Source: Terriglobia bacterium
GTDB lineage: Bacteria > Acidobacteriota > Terriglobia > Terriglobales > Acidobacteriaceae
DNA: 32,000 nucleotides
Assembly: GCA_963752375.1 (NCBI GenBank)
Contig: CAVVYF010000026.1
Coordinates: 82,320-114,319 of the forward strand
Direction: 5' to 3'
Under the pieces are notes generated by a model. That model saw only the letters and a program-made list of their open reading frames with translations. It was not told the DNA's origin and did no database searches. Position numbers and translations under genes: made by a program. Positions 16,224 through 24,167 of this stretch are shown here, piece by piece (the first letter of the stretch is position 1; each line of letters opens with the position of its first letter).

Positions 16224-17099
16224 GTGTTTAGCCTGACTCCGCAATCGAAGTCTTGCGCAGCTGCCGCCGCGGTCGCGTGGCTGCTGTGCTCCTGGGTCAG
16301 TTCCGTTGCCGAGGACATCCGTTACAGTCCAGCCTCGCGCGAGGTCGTCGAAGCCCGGCTGAGGAGATACGCCGGCAACAACACGCAGCGTGAGGTGACG
16401 CTCAAGCAAATGTTTGCCGAAGCCGGTTGTGGCGACCAGCACATTTCCGAACAGCCCGTGAAGGGGGCGAAGCCGCCCAACCTTATTTGCACCCTGCCGG
16501 GCAGTTCCGACAAAGTGATCATCGTCGGAGCACACTTCGATCGCGCGCCGGAAGGCGATGGAGTCGTCGACAATTGGAGCGGGGCCTCCCTCCTACCGTC
16601 CCTGTATGCGGCGCTAAGGACTGTGCCGCGCCAACATACCTACGTCTTCATTGGGTTTACCGACGAGGAGGAGGGTGAAGTGGGCTCCCACTTCTATGTT
16701 CGACAAATGACCAAGGAACAGGCCGCTGCGACTGATGCGATGGTGAATATTGACACGCTCGGCCTGGCCCCTACGAAAGTGTGGGTCAGACGTTCTGACC
16801 AGCGATTGGCGAGACTGCTCGCGTATATCGCCACCAGAATGAACCTGCCCATGGCCGCTGTTAACGTGGATCAAGTCGGCAGTAGTGACGGGGAACAGTT
16901 TGCCAAGATGAAGATACCCCGCATCACAATTCACTCACTGACACAGGAGACCTGGAATGCCGGTATCCTTCACACGTCGAAAGACAGGTTTTCAGCCGTC
17001 CGGCTCGATGACTACTACCAGTCGTACCGTCTTCTCTCTGCTTATGTCGCGCTGCTGGACCAGTTTTCGAAAACATTAGAGATACCGACTGTGCACTAG
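16224..17099 (+). CDS. M28 family zinc peptidase (aminopeptidase-like), secreted
   Basis: Typical M28 metal-site context is VIIVGAHFDRAPEGDGVVDNWSGAS and FIGFTDEEEGEVGS. GTG 16224 gives (M)FSLTPQSKSCAAAAAVAWLLCSWVSSVA, which looks like a signal peptide. The frame is open from TTG 16077, so the start is uncertain. Confidence 0.75.
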   Translation: MFSLTPQSKSCAAAAAVAWLLCSWVSSVAEDIRYSPASREVVEARLRRYAGNNTQREVTLKQMFAEAGCGDQHISEQPVKGAKPPNLICTLPGSSDKVIIVGAHFDRAPEGDGVVDNWSGASLLPSLYAALRTVPRQHTYVFIGFTDEEEGEVGSHFYVRQMTKEQAAATDAMVNIDTLGLAPTKVWVRRSDQRLARLLAYIATRMNLPMAAVNVDQVGSSDGEQFAKMKIPRITIHSLTQETWNAGILHTSKDRFSAVRLDDYYQSYRLLSAYVALLDQFSKTLEIPTVH

Positions 17100-17113
17100 G
17101 AGCAACACTAGCC

Positions 17114-18103
17114 TCACTCCGCCACGAACAGGTTCTCGGCAAAGGGCCATTCCTGATCGATCCACTGCGCCTTGCAGAAAAAGCCCGCTTCCCTCGCGAT
17201 CCGGGACATCTCTTCCGGACAATACTTGTGGCTGCTCTCGGTCCAGATCGTCTCTCCCGCCAGGAAAGAAACCGTCAGCCCCGCCCGGGGAATCGTGACG
17301 TTCTGCCCTTGCCGCGACCGCAGATGCATCTCCACACTGCGCGCCTCGGGATTGAAGCGGGCGGCATGCTCAAACTGTTCGAGGACGAAGTCCGCGTCCA
17401 GTTCCCGATTGATGCGCGCCAGCAGGTTCAGGTTGAACGCCGCGGTCACGCCCAGCGGATCGTCATAGGCTGCCAGCAGCTGCGGGATGGGCTTTTCCAG
17501 GTCGGTGCCCAGTAAAAGCGAATCGCCAGGCTGCAGAATGTGGCGAACTTCCCGCAGGAACTTTGCCGCGGCCGGACGGTCGAAGTTTCCAATCGTGCTG
17601 CCCAGGAACAGCACCAGCAGATTCTGCCCTTCCCGACGCCGCGCCGCCACCTCCACCAGGCCGTCGAGATACTCGCGCTCGAAGCCCACGATGCTCATGG
17701 AATCGATGTCGCCCAGTTCGCGCTCGCACATGGCCAGGGCGGTCGGGGAAATTTCTATGGGGAAGTAAGAAACATGCTGCTGCCGGCAAAGCGCCTTCAG
17801 CAGCCAGCGCGTTTTTTTGCCGCTGCCGCTGCCCAGTTCAGCCACGGCCACCGGCCCCGGGACCTGCTCCACAATCTCGGCGGCATGGCGACGAAGCAGG
17901 CGCTCGTCCGCCCGGGTCAGACCGTACTGCGGCAGAACGCTGATGACTTCAAACAAAGCCGATCCGACGTCGTCATAAAGATATTTGGAAGGCAATTCCC
18001 TTTGCCCCGGTTTCGTCAGGCCGGCGCGCACTTCCACGGCAAATTCCTGCCCTGGGTCGGCGGTGATGGCGTGCGTCAACATGAAATGTCCCTTATGATT
18101 CAT
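17114..18103 (-). CDS. egtD: L-histidine N-alpha-methyltransferase (ergothioneine biosynthesis EgtD)
   Basis: EgtD-family signatures are LPSKYLYDDVGSALFEVISVLPQYGLTRADERLL, the SAM motif VAELGSGSGKKT, and TIGNF. ATG 18103 overlaps the egtB stop as TAATG. ATG 18082 is an alternative start. Confidence 0.85.
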   Translation of the reverse strand: MNHKGHFMLTHAITADPGQEFAVEVRAGLTKPGQRELPSKYLYDDVGSALFEVISVLPQYGLTRADERLLRRHAAEIVEQVPGPVAVAELGSGSGKKTRWLLKALCRQQHVSYFPIEISPTALAMCERELGDIDSMSIVGFEREYLDGLVEVAARRREGQNLLVLFLGSTIGNFDRPAAAKFLREVRHILQPGDSLLLGTDLEKPIPQLLAAYDDPLGVTAAFNLNLLARINRELDADFVLEQFEHAARFNPEARSVEMHLRSRQGQNVTIPRAGLTVSFLAGETIWTESSHKYCPEEMSRIAREAGFFCKAQWIDQEWPFAENLFVAE

Positions 18104-19431
18104 TAATTCCTCACGCAGCGGAATCCCGCATAGACATACTGATAGTGCGGCTGAAACCAGTTCCGGAAAGACCGGCGCAGCATGCTGCTCGCGGTGCGCG
18201 CGCTGCCGCCCTTCATCACATAATGTTGACCATCAAAAAAATTGGCCGAATAGCCCGGATAAAATTCAAAGGGCTCAAAGCCGGGAAACGGCCCGAACAG
18301 AGTGCTCGTCCACTCCCATCCATTCCCCACCAGGTCGGCGACGCCGAAGGCGCTCTGGCCCTGCAGAAAAGCCCCCACCGGGGTGGGGTCCCAACTCTCG
18401 AAATCGAAGTTGCCGAACCTGCGGTCGGGAGCTTCCGCGCCCCACGGGAATGGCCGCTCCGTCCCCTCCGGCGTGCCGTAAGCCGCGCGATGCCACTGCG
18501 CTTCCGTGGGCAGCGACTTTTCCACCCAGCGCGCGTAGGCACTGGCCTCCGCATGGCTTACGTAAACCGGCCAGTCGAGAGGTAAAGGAACATTTTCGAA
18601 CATGGTGCGATACCGCCACGCGCCGTTGCTACGATTCCAAAAGACCGGGTGCGAAATATTCTGCTGCGTCTTCCACTTCCAGTCGGCCTCACGCCACAGC
18701 GACCGGTTCTCATATCCTCCGGCATCGATGAACCGTAGATATTCGCGGCTGGTCACGTCGTATTGATCGATGGAAAATGCGGGCACCGCGACGGTATGCG
18801 TTTCGTACTCGTTGTCCCATCCAAAAGTCGTTGCGTCACGGGAAAGGCCCAGGGTCGCGTCGCCTGCCGGAATCTCGATCATTCGAGGCTCAACCGCAGG
18901 TACAACCAGTTCCGGCAAACGCGGCTTGCGCACTTTATTGTCGAAAGGCAACTGGTGCAGCATGTAGGCCAGCGTTTCCGCGTGCATCAAGCGGTGCTCG
19001 ATGGCTACGTTCAGCAGTTGGCTGGGTGAAGCCTTCTCCTGACCACGAAGTTGCGACAACGGTCCAGCCAGCCCCTCATCGAGAGCCTGCCGGACCTGGC
19101 TCACATACTCACGGACCTGCGTCAGGGAAGGCCAGTCGGAGGGCTGGTCTGAGGGCAATCCGCCATCGACGGGATCAATGCCAAAGGCGAACAGGTTGTC
19201 GAATTCCGAATGGAAGCTGGTCCGTCCCAGGACCCGTTCGCGCAGCAGGTTCCAGTCGAATGCTTCCAGGTGTCCCACGTAAAAGACGATCCTGTGTCTC
19301 TCGGGAATCGGCCGTTCATAAAGGAACTCGGGCTTGAGCTGCTGGAACAGGCGGTCACTCTGAACACGCGCCTGCTGCAGACGGGCAAGCAGTTTATGTT
19401 GACCCTCGGTTCTGTCCTGTGCAGCCAGCAT
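18103..19431 (-). CDS. egtB: Ergothioneine biosynthesis sulfoxide synthase EgtB (DinB-like + FGE-sulfatase domains)
   Basis: The N-terminal DinB-like domain has VGHLEAF and the HX3HXE iron motif HRLMHAE. The C-terminal FGE/SUMF1-like domain contains GNGWEWTS...FRCVR. At 442 aa it has no extra methyltransferase domain, so it is not OvoA. GGAGG lies 7 nt upstream of ATG 19431. Confidence 0.85.
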   Translation of the reverse strand: MLAAQDRTEGQHKLLARLQQARVQSDRLFQQLKPEFLYERPIPERHRIVFYVGHLEAFDWNLLRERVLGRTSFHSEFDNLFAFGIDPVDGGLPSDQPSDWPSLTQVREYVSQVRQALDEGLAGPLSQLRGQEKASPSQLLNVAIEHRLMHAETLAYMLHQLPFDNKVRKPRLPELVVPAVEPRMIEIPAGDATLGLSRDATTFGWDNEYETHTVAVPAFSIDQYDVTSREYLRFIDAGGYENRSLWREADWKWKTQQNISHPVFWNRSNGAWRYRTMFENVPLPLDWPVYVSHAEASAYARWVEKSLPTEAQWHRAAYGTPEGTERPFPWGAEAPDRRFGNFDFESWDPTPVGAFLQGQSAFGVADLVGNGWEWTSTLFGPFPGFEPFEFYPGYSANFFDGQHYVMKGGSARTASSMLRRSFRNWFQPHYQYVYAGFRCVRN

Positions 19432-19606
19432 TGCGGACCTCCCGGTTCTTCAGCAGGGGCGCCGGCCCCGGCCTCGTGGTCAGAATAGGTAGAGCTACTG
19501 AGATGATTAAACTGGCGGAAAGTTGCTCATTTTATTGCGATTCGAAGAAACTTAGTGGCAGCGGCCCGGTAGGCGGGCAGAGCTTTTCCTGAGCGAAGCC
19601 GGACGA

Positions 19607-19623
19607 GCCGGCGAGACGCCGGC
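19607..19623 (-). terminator. Weak terminator-like GC hairpin after ABC-F gene
   Basis: The hairpin GCCGGCG-AGA-CGCCGGC lies 15 nt downstream of the stop at 19638 on the minus strand. There is no clear U-tract. Confidence 0.3.
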
Positions 19624-19637
19624 GCTACAAAACAGCC

Positions 19638-21266
19638 CTAGACCGAAACCGACTGGTAGTCCTCGTAAGCGCCCTTGAAATCCGTAATCTGGTGATTGCT
19701 CTCAAAGTGCCAGATGCGGGTGGCCACTTCATCGATCAGATCTTCGTCGTGGGTGCACAAGAGCACGGTCCCCTGATAGCGCTGCAAGGCGATGTTAAGC
19801 GCGTTGATCGATTCCAGGTCCAGGTGGTTGGTGGGCTCGTCGAATACCAGAACGTTCGGCTTCTGCAGCATCAATTTGCAGAAAATCAAACGCGCCGCCT
19901 CGCCGCCGGAGAGCACTTCGGTCCGCTTGTCGCCATCCTCGCGGGGAAACAGCATCTGTCCCAGCAAGCCGCGAATTTCTTCATTGGACGCCGAGGGGTC
20001 CCACTGATGCAGCCATTCGAAGGCGGTCATCCCGGGCTGGATCAAGGCCCTGTGGTCCTGGGCGAAATATCCCACCGCAGCTTCATGCCCCCAGATAACT
20101 TTCCCGTCGGTAAGAAAGGGGCCGTCGTATCCGCTGGTCTGGCGCAGTTCAGCTTCCGGAATCGTGGGAGAATTTGCCAGCAGGGCGTTCAGCAGCGTGG
20201 TCTTGCCCACGCCGTTGCGGCCCATCAGCGCGATTTTTTCTCCGCGCACGATACTCGCGGTAAAACCTCGCACCACTTCCGCGTCATCGTACGACTTGGT
20301 CACGCCTTCCAGTTCCAGAATGTGCTTGCCAGAGGGCCGCTTCTGGTCGAACTTCAGATAAGGACGCTGAATGTTCGAGCGCGCCAGCTCCGTAACCTGC
20401 AGGCGCTCCACTTCCTTGCGCCGCGACTGCACCTGGCTGGACCGGGTCCCGGCTGAGAAACGCGCGATGAACTCGTTCAACTGCGAAATCTTCTTTTCAC
20501 GCTGCGCGTTCTGCGATTCAATCTGCGAGCGGATCTGGGTTTTCGCCACCACCATGTCATCGTACGTGCCGGTATAGGTGATGATGGTCTGGTAATCGAT
20601 GTCGGCGATGTGGGTGCACACCCGGTTCAGAAAATGACGGTCGTGCGAGATCACGATCACCACGCCGTCATACTGGTTCAGAAAACCCTGCAGCCAGTGA
20701 ATGGAGTCCAGATCCAGATAGTTGGTAGGCTCGTCGAGCAGCAGCGCCTGGGGATGTCCAAAGAGCGCCTGGGCCAGCAGCACTCGCACTTTCTGTCCGC
20801 CCTGCAGTTCGCCCATTTTCCGTTCGTGCAGCGCGTCGGGAATGTCCAGGCCTTCGAGCAGAATGGCGGCATCGCTCTCGGCCGTGTAGCCGTCTTCTTC
20901 GCCCACAACTCCTTCGAGCTCGCCCAGCTTCATGCCGTCCGCGTCGGTCATCTCCGGCTTGGCATAAATTCTGTCGCGCTCTTCCATGGCCGCCCACAGG
21001 CGCTTGTTGCCCATGATCACGGTATCGAGCACGCGATACTTGTCGAAGGCAAACTGGTCCTGGCTCAACACTCCGAGCTTTCTGGGACGCACGACCGTTC
21101 CCTTCTGCGGCTCGAGCTCGCCGGTCAGCAGGTTCATGAAAGTGGATTTGCCGGCGCCGTTCGGCCCGGTCAGGCCATAACGCTTCCCCGGCGTGAAGGC
21201 CGTGGAAACCTCGTCAAACAGAACTTTAGCGCCGTAGCGCATCGACACATTACTGACTGAAATCAT
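19638..21266 (-). CDS. ABC-F family ATPase (YbiT-like, two ABC cassettes, no TM domain)
   Basis: Walker A motifs are GPNGAGKST and GRNGVGKTT. Signature motifs are LQGGQKVRV and LSGGEAARL. Walker B motifs are LLLDEPTNYLD and LVFDEPTNHLD. The N-terminus is collinear with E. coli YbiT as I recall it. Confidence 0.85.
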   Translation of the reverse strand: MISVSNVSMRYGAKVLFDEVSTAFTPGKRYGLTGPNGAGKSTFMNLLTGELEPQKGTVVRPRKLGVLSQDQFAFDKYRVLDTVIMGNKRLWAAMEERDRIYAKPEMTDADGMKLGELEGVVGEEDGYTAESDAAILLEGLDIPDALHERKMGELQGGQKVRVLLAQALFGHPQALLLDEPTNYLDLDSIHWLQGFLNQYDGVVIVISHDRHFLNRVCTHIADIDYQTIITYTGTYDDMVVAKTQIRSQIESQNAQREKKISQLNEFIARFSAGTRSSQVQSRRKEVERLQVTELARSNIQRPYLKFDQKRPSGKHILELEGVTKSYDDAEVVRGFTASIVRGEKIALMGRNGVGKTTLLNALLANSPTIPEAELRQTSGYDGPFLTDGKVIWGHEAAVGYFAQDHRALIQPGMTAFEWLHQWDPSASNEEIRGLLGQMLFPREDGDKRTEVLSGGEAARLIFCKLMLQKPNVLVFDEPTNHLDLESINALNIALQRYQGTVLLCTHDEDLIDEVATRIWHFESNHQITDFKGAYEDYQSVSV

Positions 21267-21347
21267 TATATTTACGGGAACTGCGGGAAATTACCCGACG
21301 GCGGGAACGCAGCTTCTCCATTAAGAATATCACGAGGCCAGACGGTG

Positions 21348-21384
21348 CCCCATTCATTTCGCGCAGTTTGCGAAATGAGTGGGG
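21348..21384 (-). other. 15-bp hairpin between the membrane-protein gene and the ABC-F gene
   Basis: CCCCATTCATTTCGC (21348-21362) pairs with GCGAAATGAGTGGGG (21370-21384), with a 7-nt loop and one G-T pair. It lies 20 nt after the stop at 21404 and 82 nt upstream of ATG 21266. There is no U-tract. Confidence 0.5.
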
Positions 21385-21403
21385 GTCGCACACCTTATCC
21401 AGA

Positions 21404-21808
21404 CTAAGATTTGAAAGAAAGTGAGGGTACCCTCTTCAAACGCACCGCCAACCACAGGCCAAAAATCACGTCGAACGTCAAACAGAAGCCAGGCCACCAA
21501 TGCGGGACTCCAGGGTTTTCAATGATCCAGTGATGGACGAAGTCAAAAACTCCGTGGCCAATGATGCCAGCAACCGCGAACCAAAGGTTTTTCTTGAAGC
21601 CGAGTGCAGCCGCCACCACAAACGCACTCGCCACCACAATCTCTATAACAAGCGTCCGGCGGGAGGCCCCCATCACGGCAAACAATGCATAGTATGAGGC
21701 GACTACGATAACCACCGGAGGATAAAAGCCGCGCTCGCGGTCCAGGCCGATAGCGGTCGCGAATCCGGCCACGGCGACGCAAAGTAGTAGTCCTATCAGA
21801 TATTCCAT
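21404..21808 (-). CDS. Small integral membrane protein, about 4 TM helices, unknown function
   Basis: The 134 aa protein has four hydrophobic stretches and a His/Trp-rich motif HGVFDFVHHWIIENPGVPHWWPGF. It starts 16 nt downstream of the Gfo/Idh/MocA gene. GGGGAG lies upstream of ATG 21808. Confidence 0.6.
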   Translation of the reverse strand: MEYLIGLLLCVAVAGFATAIGLDRERGFYPPVVIVVASYYALFAVMGASRRTLVIEIVVASAFVVAAALGFKKNLWFAVAGIIGHGVFDFVHHWIIENPGVPHWWPGFCLTFDVIFGLWLAVRLKRVPSLSFKS

Positions 21809-21824
21809 TGGATCGAGTCTCCCC

Positions 21825-22829
21825 CTACGGCTTCTCCCACCTGCCTGATTCCGCCGAACGGAATATGGCCTCGATCACCGCCATGTTCCTGATCGCATCC
21901 TCAAGCGGAACCGGCACCTCGCTGTCCTCCAGCACAGCCCGGGAAAAAGCGTCCCCTTGAATTGTGTACTGGTCGCACACAAGAAATTCCTCAGTGGTAA
22001 TGCCGCCGCCGAACACGTCGCGTCCATCGTCGATAAAAATCCGGCAGGGCCGGTCGGGCGGAGCATTAAACGGAATTTCAATTTCGATGCGTCCCTTGGT
22101 CCCAAAAAACTGGCTGCGCTGGTAGGGCACAAGCTGCATGCTGCAGGTGAACGTGGATTGGCCCGAGGGAAAATCCAGCATGGCCGAGGTCAGCCGGTCA
22201 ACCTTCATCTGGGGATCGCGTTCGACCAACCCCATCACCCGCGTGGGTTCTTCTCCGAACACGAAGCGCGATGTGTTGATGGGATAGCACCCGATATCCA
22301 TCACCGCGCCCCCGCCATACGCAGGAATATTGCGGATATTTTTGGGATCGTTATTGAAGTAACTGAAAAACCCGGTAGCCGCGCGCAATTCTCCAATCCG
22401 GCCCGACCTCACCAAGTCGCGGACGCGCAGCCATTGCGGATGGGTGCGCACCATGAACGCCTCGCCGATCTTCACTTTCGTGCGGTCCCGCACCGCTAGA
22501 AGCTGGCGGCCTTCCGCCACGGTCAGGCTGAGCGGCTTCTCGCACAGAACATGCTTGCCGGCCTCCGCCGCCTTGATCGACCAGGGAATGTGCAGCTGGT
22601 TGGGAAGCGGATTGTAGATGGCGTCAATCTGCGGATCAGCCAGCAGCTCTTCATACGATCCGTAGGCTTTGGGAATGCCCAGACTGCGGGCCGCCTCTTC
22701 GGCTTTGCCCCGGTCGCGCGAGGCGATCGCGGCCACTTCGCATAACTCGCTCTTTTGCATTCCCGGTATAACCTTCTTCACCGCGATTTTGGCGGCGCCC
22801 AGAACTCCCCATCGGACTTTGTTTGCCAT
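21825..22829 (-). CDS. Gfo/Idh/MocA family oxidoreductase
   Basis: It has the N-terminal Rossmann VRWGVLGAAKIAVKKVIP and the family motif VLCEKPL. The start at ATG 22829 (MANKVRWGVLG) is preferred. The frame is open to GTG 22913. Confidence 0.8.
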   Translation of the reverse strand: MANKVRWGVLGAAKIAVKKVIPGMQKSELCEVAAIASRDRGKAEEAARSLGIPKAYGSYEELLADPQIDAIYNPLPNQLHIPWSIKAAEAGKHVLCEKPLSLTVAEGRQLLAVRDRTKVKIGEAFMVRTHPQWLRVRDLVRSGRIGELRAATGFFSYFNNDPKNIRNIPAYGGGAVMDIGCYPINTSRFVFGEEPTRVMGLVERDPQMKVDRLTSAMLDFPSGQSTFTCSMQLVPYQRSQFFGTKGRIEIEIPFNAPPDRPCRIFIDDGRDVFGGGITTEEFLVCDQYTIQGDAFSRAVLEDSEVPVPLEDAIRNMAVIEAIFRSAESGRWEKP

Positions 22830-22916
22830 AGGCGGAACATCATAACGGAAACTTTGCGGAGGCAAAAATTGTCTGGGCTTGTGCTCTCCGGGCATGCCGC
22901 GCCCCTGACCCACGCC

Positions 22917-22949
22917 GGATCCTTCGGAACTGAAGTTCCTCAGGATGAC
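22917..22949. repeat. Relic half-unit of the composite palindromic element family
   Basis: GGATCCTTCGGAAC (inner box) is followed 8 nt later by CTCAGGATGAC (terminal box). Order and orientation are correct, but the hairpin module is missing. It lies in the divergent intergenic region. Confidence 0.55.
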
Positions 22950-23057
22950 GCCTGACTGGGATACGGCGCCGCGTGCGAGATTGGTAACGAGGCTGCTATT
23001 ACTATCGGATCAAAACAGCCGGATTACGCGAGCGGCCGGGTAGGTTATGCTTGATCG

Positions 23058-23675
23058 ATGCCGCTTCAAGCGCCAGCCCGGGACCAGCAACTCATCCAGA
23101 TTGTGAACGCAGCCCTCGACGATGCCTTCCAGAAGAGCCGTCAATGGCTGGCATGCAAGCCGGGTTGCTCGCAATGTTGCGTGGGAGTGTTCGCCATTAA
23201 TCAACTCGACGCCATCCGCCTTAGAAAAGGACTGGCGGAACTCGAACTCGAGGATCCGCAGCGCGCCGCCCGTATTCGCGAGCGGGCCCACGCCTCGGTC
23301 GCGCGCCTCTCGCCCGATTTTCCCGGCGACGTCTCCACCGGATTGCTGAATGACGACGACTCCGATGAAGCCTGCAAGCACTGGGACGACTATGGCAACA
23401 GCGAGCCCTGTCCCGTGCTCGACCCGGAAAAGGGCACCTGTGAACTCTATGAATCCCGCCCCGTAATCTGCCGCACTTTCGGGCCGGCATTGACCTCGGA
23501 GAACGACCTGGGACACTGCGAGCTATGCTTTGTCGGCGCCACGGAAGAAGAGGTGATCGCTGCTGAAATGCATCCCGACCCCGACAATCTCGAAGAAGCC
23601 CTGCTGAAAGAACTCGAAGAGACCACCGGCGCGAAGGGAGAAACGATTATCGCGTTCGCGCTGGTCAGAGGCTGA
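23058..23675 (+). CDS. YkgJ family cysteine-cluster protein (UPF0153, CxxCxxCC type)
   Basis: It has CKPGCSQCC near the N-terminus and CPVLDPEKGTCELYESRPVICRTFG later. This is the typical zinc/iron-chelating domain pattern. Confidence 0.75.
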   Translation: MPLQAPARDQQLIQIVNAALDDAFQKSRQWLACKPGCSQCCVGVFAINQLDAIRLRKGLAELELEDPQRAARIRERAHASVARLSPDFPGDVSTGLLNDDDSDEACKHWDDYGNSEPCPVLDPEKGTCELYESRPVICRTFGPALTSENDLGHCELCFVGATEEEVIAAEMHPDPDNLEEALLKELEETTGAKGETIIAFALVRG

Positions 23676-23732
23676 ACCGTTCTCGCTTCGAGCAATAATT
23701 CGAGACAACGCTGATTCAAAAGAACCGGCACT

Positions 23733-23917
23733 GTCATCCTGAGCGGAGGCATTCCCTTCGCTTGCGAAGGGAATGCCGGAGTCGAAGGACCCCTATCCAT
23801 GGTCGAACGCGGTTGAAACCAGGAATCTCCGCGGTGCGCACGCTGTGTTTGACAATAGGGGTCCTTCGACTCCACGACTGCTTCGCGAAGCGAAGCAGTC
23901 ACTCCGCTCAGGATGAC
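23733..23917. repeat. Composite palindromic intergenic element, copy C (best-preserved)
   Basis: Left arm: GTCATCCTGAGCG, then a 13-bp hairpin GGCATTCCCTTCG-CTTG-CGAAGGGAATGCC (23748-23777), then GGAGTCGAAGGACCCCTAT. A 58-nt spacer follows. Right arm: ATAGGGGTCCTTCGACTCC, then an 11-bp hairpin GACTGCTTCGC-GAA-GCGAAGCAGTC (23876-23900), then CCGCTCAGGATGAC. It lies between convergent genes. Confidence 0.9.
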
Positions 23918-23984
23918 AAACCTGGGAGTTGGTCTGACCTGCGGCGTGCCACCGGCGAATCACGGATTTTCACTTCCAATCTGC

Positions 23985-24167
23985 TTACCCCTTCTTCTTT
24001 TCGAGCTCCGCCCAGCGCCGATAGAGTTCGTCCACCTGGCCCTGCGCTTCTTCCATCTCAGCATTCGCGCTCAGAAGGCGCGGACCGTCGCTCGCAATCC
24101 CCGGGTCTTCCAGTTGCTCGCGTTTGGCCTGCAATAGTTCTTCGGCCGCCGCAACGCGCTCTTCAAT
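23985..24167 (-). pseudogene. Detached C-terminal coiled-coil domain of the Uup-like ABC-F gene (shifted frame)
   Basis: The frame-2 translation IEERVAAAEELLQAKREQLEDPGIASDGP...QVDELYRRWAELEKKKG matches the Uup-type C-terminal domain. That domain normally follows the LSY.E.RE motif, and that motif ends the upstream frame at 24163-24200. The two parts are joined only if one nucleotide near 24166-24170 is removed. Confidence 0.7.

Noticed and set aside
19587-19595. TCCTGAGCG next to GC hairpins downstream of the ABC-F gene, as another relic of the composite repeat.
   Set aside because: It is only a 9-nt match to the terminal box with no inner box. A chance occurrence in 64 kb of two-strand sequence is plausible.
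21250-21321. An Arg-rich 23-codon upstream ORF (MEKLRSRRRVISRSSRKYNDFSQ) overlapping the ABC-F start, as a possible attenuation leader peptide.
   Set aside because: It has no RBS, no conservation evidence and no alternative-pairing partner for the nearby hairpin. It is indistinguishable from a random ORF.
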